Assembly: GCF_964188315.1 (NCBI RefSeq)
Contig: NC_135664.1
Coordinates: forward strand, 74,896,001 to 74,960,000
Origin: Podarcis muralis
Lineage: Eukaryota
Length of the DNA: 64,000 bases
Direction of reading: 5' to 3'
The position numbers and the translations under genes are program-made. The notes beneath the pieces are model-generated. The model saw only the letters and a list, made by a program, of their open reading frames with translations. It searched no databases and had not been told where the DNA came from. Below are positions 58,230 through 64,000 of this stretch, piece by piece (the stretch's first letter is position 1; the number at the start of each line of letters is the position of its first letter).

Positions 58230-58830
58230 GCTCTGCCCTGCGCCTGCCTCAGCGCCCCCTTTGCCCGCCTCTAACAGGGCATCCCCCCTGCCCATAGGGG
58301 ACCAGCAGAGACACCCCCCAACCTGGGGGGGATAATCTCCCCACCTCCTAAGGCCAGCAGCAGAACCCCCCCCCCCCATATCTGCCCCCCTTGCAAAGCG
58401 AAACACCCCCCCAGGCCCCCAACTGGGCAAAGCGGAGTGGGCCTCTCCTTCCCCCCCCCCCGCGCCCCCGCACCTCTCCGGCCCCCCGAGGAAGAGGGAG
58501 GCGCCTTCTTCGCCCCTTCCCCGCCCAGGCGCCGCCTCGCCGGGCACAGAGGCTAGGCGAGGCCGGGGCGCCCCGCGCGGGAAGGTAGGCCTCGCCGGAG
58601 GAGGAAGAGACGGAGCGCCGCGTCGCCAAGGAGACCAGGGAGGGAGGAGGAGGAGGAGGAGGAAGAGGAGGAGAGAGGAAGGAAGGAAGGAGGAGGGAGA
58701 CGGAGCCGCCGCCGCCGCCGCCGGGGACAGGCAGGTACCGGAGCAGGATGAGGCCTCCCCCCCTCCCTCCCCTCTCCTCCTCCTCCTCCTCCTCTTCTCC
58801 CCCGGGCAGGATCCTCTCGCCCCCCAAGAG
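58230..58830. promoter_or_regulatory. CpG island, probable bidirectional promoter of RABL2 (-) and NME6 (+)
   Basis: GC- and CpG-dense block with GC boxes and (GCC)n. Candidate plus-strand donors follow 58584 (AAG|GTAGGC) and 58734 (CAG|GTACCG); a candidate minus-strand donor is at 58474 (GAG|GTGCGG). Confidence 0.75.
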
Positions 58831-58887
58831 ACCTCTCCCCCCTCGAAAGCACAGAGACCCCCCTCTCCCTCACCCCCCCCCGCCAGC

Positions 58888-59375
58888 CCCACTCACGAGG
58901 GGGGGGGGAGTTGGGGGGCCCCCACCCCCTGGCTTGGCTTCAGAGCGGAGGGGGGAAACCCTCTGCCTTCTTTCCCTTCTTCCTTCCATCCATCCTTCTT
59001 TCTTTCCTTCCTTCCATCCCTTCTTCCTTCGTTCCCTCCCTTCCCTTCCCTTCCATTCCCCTCCCCTTTCCCTTCTTCTTTCCATCCTCCCATCCGCCCT
59101 TCCATCCCCCCTCCCTCACCCCCCTGGCCAAACCCACTCACGAGGGGGGAGGAATTGGGGGTCCCCACCCCCCGTGGCTCAGCTTCAGAGCGGAGGGGGA
59201 AACCCCTCTGCCTTCTTTCTCTTCTTCCTTCCTTCCTCCCTCCTTTCCATCCTTCCCTTCCCACCCCTCTCTTCCTCTCCTTCCTTCCCTTTCCCTTTCC
59301 CTTCCCTTCCCTTCTTCTTTCCATCCTCCCATCCGCCCTTCCATCGTTCCCTTCCCACCCCACTCCTCCTCTTAC

Positions 59376-59411
<36 letters not shown>

Positions 59412-59470
59412 CCTCCCTCCTTCCTTCCTTCCTTCCTTCCTTCCTTCCTTCCTTCCTTCCTGTTTCTTCC
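58888..59470. repeat. ~245-bp direct duplication plus (CT)n(CCTT)n polypyrimidine tract
   Basis: cccactcacgaggggggg...cttcagagcggagggggaaac.cctctgccttcttt at 58888 and 59133. Confidence 0.85.
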
Positions 59471-60128
59471 TTTCTTCTTCTGGCGCCCTCCCACCAGGTG
59501 CCAAGGGGATCAGTGATCCGCCCTGAGACCTGCAGGTATAGGGCACATAGCTGTCAACTTTCAGATTTGAAAATAAGGGATCAGCAGCCTCACCTGTCCC
59601 GGGGACAGTCGACGGGATATCTAACAATCTGGGATAGCAGCAGGAAGCAGCGGGAAACAGCGCTGAAATAAGGGAATTTCCCGCAAAAAAGGGAAGGTTG
59701 ACAGTTATGATAGGGCAGTAGACAAACTCAAACAACAACAACCTTCAGAAGACATTTGAAAGCAAATCTGTATTGGGAAGCGTTTTGGATTTTTTTTTTA
59801 TAAAAATGTTTAATGTTTCATTCTGCTTTTATATATGCTGGGTGACTCCTCTGCATCCCACAATATCTGGAGCACAACTGCCCATCTCTGTGCAGCATTG
59901 CTTTTTATATTATTTATTCAGTTTATGTCCCACCTAAAAGAGCAATAATAATAATAATTAATAATAATGATAGAATTTGTTGTTACTGTTTTGCTTGCTT
60001 TACTTTGATATACTTTGTACAAAATGTAGGAACTCAATACATACAATTTTAAGAGAAGGGTAATATTTTTTGCAATGTAGCATCCCCCACCCACTATGGA
60101 CCTGCTTGCCACCAGCATTGCAAAAAAG

Positions 60129-60167
<39 letters not shown>

Positions 60168-60734
60168 CTGCCCTATACCCACAGGGTAGTCCACAGCATA
60201 AAATCACAAAGAAATAATAAAGTGTTAGCTCCTACAAAGAATCTTTTTACAAATAATAAAGATTTACAAAACTAAAAGCATTCTCCACCCGCTGTGAGTC
60301 CCATCATTACTTAGAATAAATGTTTCATACAGTCTTAAATGAGCCAGACACTTTGCATATACAGATGGCACTGAGTGGCCTCCATGTGCCTCAATATCTA
60401 ATTCCCACACCTTCAAGGAACATGGGGCGCCCCTAATACGCCCCCTGTTTTCATCCTTTCAACAGCTCCTTATATATTAATTCAGGAATCTTTAACCTAG
60501 CCTGGTAGAGCATGGGCAGAATTTTGAGCACCCGACAGCTGAGACTTGTGTCCTCTTGCTGGCTGTTCAGTGCTCTCCAAATCTTGCCCTTCTTTTATTT
60601 ATTTTCATTTTTTGTGTGTCTTTATTTCCCTCCAAGGAGCTCAAAGTGGCACACATGGTTCTCTCCAATCCCCACAACCCTTTGAGGGAGGCTGGAGAGA
60701 CAGTGACTGGCCCAAGGTCGCCCATTGAGCTTTT

Positions 60735-61440
60735 TCATCTCCGCCAAGCTAAGCAGTTGGCTCCTTACCTCTCTCGCCCTGATCTAGCCACTGTGACCTC
60801 CAGACTGGATTATTGTAACTCGCTCTACGTGGGGCTGCCCTTGAGACTGACCCAGAAACTCCAGCGGGTGCAGAATGCTGCAGCGAGACTCCTTACGGGG
60901 TCTTCGCTGCGAGATCACATTCATCCGGTGCTATACCAGCTGCACTGGCTCCCGGTGGAGTACAGGATCAGGTTTAAGGTGCTGGATTTGACCTTTAAAG
61001 CCCTATACAGCCTAGGACCCTCGTACCTACAGGACTGCCTCTCCTAGTATGTCCCACAGAGGACCTTATGGTCTCCAAACGAAAACATCTTGGAGGTCCT
61101 GGGCCACAGGGAGGTTAGGCTGGCCTCAACTAGAGCCAGGGCTTTTTCGGTCGTGGCCCCGATCTGGTGGAACGCTCTGTCCCAAGAGACTAGGGCCCTG
61201 CGGGACTTGACATCTTTCCACAGGGCTTGCAAGACGGAGCTGTTCCACCAGGCCTTTGGCCAAGGCACAGTCTGACCCCCTCCTTTGGCAGTCCTCACAT
61301 AACTCTAGCCCAATGGTTGCCATTCATTTGATTTGAACTGATTTTAGAATGAATTGATTTTAGAATGTTGTATTATTTTATTATTGTTAGCCGCCCTGAG
61401 CCCGGCTTCGGCTGGGGAGGGAGGGATATAAAAAAACAGT
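60735..61440 (+). mobile_element. Second L2-clade subfamily fragment in NME6 intron 1
   Basis: LRQAKQLAPYL...VTSRLDYCNSLYVGLP. Confidence 0.9.
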
Positions 61441-61441
61441 A

Positions 61442-61479
<38 letters not shown>

Positions 61480-61652
61480 GGCTGGCCGGGGATTCGACCC
61501 TGGTCTCCCAGGGCCTAGTCGGACACTCTCTAACCACTACACCGCACTGACCTGACTTTATATTGCCAGGCTGATGCCTTGGGGACGGGCCACCACGAGA
61601 CAGACAGAGCACCTGCCAGCCCCACCCAGGGCATGGGAAACCTGTGAGCAGG

Positions 61653-61745
61653 ATGAGGGCCGTTCTGCATGCTCCACGGCGGGTCCTGCAACTCACCCTT
61701 GCCATCATCAAGCCTGATGCCGTGGCTCACCCTCTCTTCCTTGAG
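61653..61745 (+). CDS. NME6: Nucleoside diphosphate kinase 6, first coding exon (gene continues beyond the window)
   Basis: MRAVLHAPRRVLQLTLAIIKPDAVAHPLFLE|GTAAGG matches the NME6 N-terminus (LQLTLALIKPDAVAHPLILE). Probable acceptor at 61569/61570. Confidence 0.9.
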
Positions 61746-61872
61746 GTAAGGACCAAAGAAGGTAAGGAGAGCCTGCAGGATCAGGCCAATGGCTCTTCCA
61801 GCTTCCTGTTCACACAGTGGCCAACCAAAGGCCCCAAAGCGAAACCCACAAGTAGGACATGAACACAGCTAA

Positions 61873-62198
61873 AAGGTAAAGGTCCCCTGGATTGTTAAGT
61901 CCAGTCAAAGGCGACTATGGGGTGCGGCGCTTATCTCGCTTTCAGGCCAAGGGAGCCGGCGTTTGTCCACAGACAGCTTTCCAGGTCATGTGGCCAGCAG
62001 GACTAAACCGCTTCTGGAGCAAGGGGACACCGTGACGGAAACCAGAGTGCATGGAAACACCGTTTACCTTCTCGCCACAGTGGTACCTATTTATCTACTT
62101 GCACTGGTGTGCTTTCGAACTGCTAGGTTGGCAGGAGCTGGGACTGAGCAACGGGAGCTCACCTTGTCGTGGGGATTTGAACCGCTGACTTTCTGATC
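61873..62198 (-). mobile_element. Sauria SINE
   Basis: Reverse-complement body and aaggtaaagg tail. Partial copies also lie at 4495-4650 and 24870-25086. Confidence 0.82.
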
Positions 62199-62355
62199 AG
62201 ATGGGGTCTACTTTGAAGGCCTATTAGCAGGGCCGTCTTAACCATAGGCGCCAGGGGTGCGGGGCACCTGGGCGCCGGGCTCTCAGGGGTGCCAGGCTGA
62301 GATTCCAGGGCCCGACAGTTGGAGCTAAGTTAAGAAGAACAACGTGTAGTAATAA

Positions 62356-62387
<32 letters not shown>

Positions 62388-63203
62388 TTTCTATACAGTG
62401 GTACCTCGGGTTAAGAACTTAATTCGTTCCGGAGGTCCGTTCTTAACCTGAAACTGTTCTTAACCTGAAGCACCACTTTAGCTAATGGGGTCTCCCGCTG
62501 CCACTGTGCAATTTCTGTTCTCATCCTGAAATAAAGTTCTTAACCTGAGGTACTATTTCTGGGTTAGTGGAGTCTGTAACCTGAAACGTCTGTAACCCGA
62601 GGTACCACTGTACTGCTATATGTTTTAAAGAAAAAAACCTCAAAGAGGTTTACATTAAAACATCAAACAAAACAATCCAGAATAAAACACATTAAATGTC
62701 GATTTCCCCTCAAGGTTTTCCATTGCTGGGCTGTTGAAATCCCAGCTGCAGTTCACATCCATGTCATAAGCTCTTGCGTGTTCTCGGTCCACATATTCAG
62801 CAGTGACAGTTGGAGGGGGGAGGGAGGCCTGAACAGGTGATTTAATTATTTTAGATGCTTTCTGCTCCAATATTTCACAGTCGCCACACCCTGAAGGAGA
62901 GACCTAAAGGGGCAATTTGCCCTGTGTGTCTCTCCCTTTGGGGCTGCCCCACTGTCTGGCATTAGAAATAACTCTGAGCAGCTGCTTACAGAGCAGTTCC
63001 GGAGCATAGCTGTCAACTGTCCCTTATTTGGCGGGAAAGTCCCTTATCCCAGTGCCGTGTCCCGCTGCTGTCCCTTATTGATGATGTCCCTTAAATTTCC
63101 CGGGTTTCAAAGGAAGCAGCTCCTCTCCCTCCCTCCCTGCCGGCCAGGGAGGAGGGAGGCTCCAATTGTGTTGCTTGGCTGCGTTGCTCACCCAATAAGG
63201 AGT

Positions 63204-63261
<58 letters not shown>

Positions 63262-63266
<5 letters not shown>

Positions 63267-63774
63267 TATTTGTACCCCGCCCATCTGGCTGGGTTTCCCC
63301 AGTTAAAAACTTCCCTGAACAGGGCTGCCTTAAGATGTCTTCTGAATGTCAGGTAGTTATTTATCGCTTTGACATCTGATGGGAGGGTGTTCCACAGGGC
63401 GGGCGCCACTACCGAGAAGGCCCTCTGCCTGGTTCCCTGTAGCTTTGCTTCTCGCAATGAGGGAACTGCTAGAAGGCCCTCAGCGCTGGACCTCAGCGTC
63501 CGGGCAGAACGATGGGGGTGGAGACGCTCCTTCAGGTATACTGGCCCAAGGCCGTTTAGGGCTTTAAAGGTCAACACCAGCACTTTGAATTGTGCTCGGA
63601 AACGTACTAGGAGCCAATGTAGGTCTTTCAGGACCGGTGTTATGTGGTCTCGGAGGCCGCCCCCAGTCACCAGTCTAGCTGCCGCATTCTGGATTAGTTG
63701 TAGTTTCCGGGTCACCTTCAAAGGTAGCCCCACGTAGAGCGCATTGCAGTAGTCCAAGCGGGAGATAACTAGAG
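63262..63774 (-). mobile_element. L2-clade LINE 3' fragment
   Basis: [18 protein letters not shown]...; (TAA)n tail at 63205-63262. Confidence 0.9.
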
Positions 63775-64000
63775 CAGTGTTTCCCAACCGGTGTTCCGCG
63801 GCACACGAGTGTGCCGTCAGACGTTGCCTCGTGTGCCGCGAGATGCCTGGAGGGAGGCGGGCGAGTCGGGCGGCGAGAGGCGGGGCGGCGGCGGCGAGGA
63901 GAGGCCGCGCCTCCTGCTGCTGCCTGGCGCTCCTCCTCGCAGCCGGCAGCGCTGCCTGGGCGCCTCCGCGCGACTCTGCCTCGCTGGGTTTGGTCTCCCA
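63775..64000 (+). mobile_element. CpG-rich hAT-like element starting inside an L2 and running off the window
   Basis: CAGTGTTTCCCAAC terminus directly after the L2 sequence gataactagag. Confidence 0.6.

Noticed and set aside
58224-59671. Long Pro/Ser/Leu- or Gly/Arg/Glu-rich ORFs (222-307 aa)
   Set aside because: Products of the low-complexity CpG island and polypyrimidine repeats.

Overview
Vertebrate genomic DNA from a squamate reptile, probably a lacertid lizard (Sauria/Squam3-type SINEs, Bov-B, L2 and CR1 LINE fragments). Exons were reconstructed by hand from GT-AG sites, and their phases add up. From left to right the genes are: (1) a complete 6-exon secreted C-type lectin on the minus strand, resembling avian eggshell struthiocalcin-1/ansocalcin (XCA-1); (2) acrosin-like gene A (456 aa, plus strand); (3) acrosin-like gene B (1424 aa, plus strand); (4) RABL2 (226 aa, minus strand); (5) the first coding exon of NME6, head-to-head with RABL2 across a CpG island. 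The main point of interest is that neither acrosin paralog is canonical, and their lesions are complementary. Gene A keeps the R|IVGG activation site, His57 and Asp102 but has Gly at catalytic Ser195 (GDGGSP); it carries a 171-aa Lys/Arg/Tyr/Trp-rich cationic tail. Gene B keeps the full triad (GDSGSP) but has R|TTGG instead of IVGG; it carries a ~1140-aa mucin-like, Glu-rich tail with a (Glu-His)15 tract. Both genes share a promoter module with near-identical spacing. A two-component acrosomal pseudoprotease plus protease-mucin system is the leading, untested hypothesis. The rest of the window is transposon debris, including a Tc1 remnant, an RTE 5' end and several datable nested insertions. 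No database searches could be run; family names come from recalled motifs.
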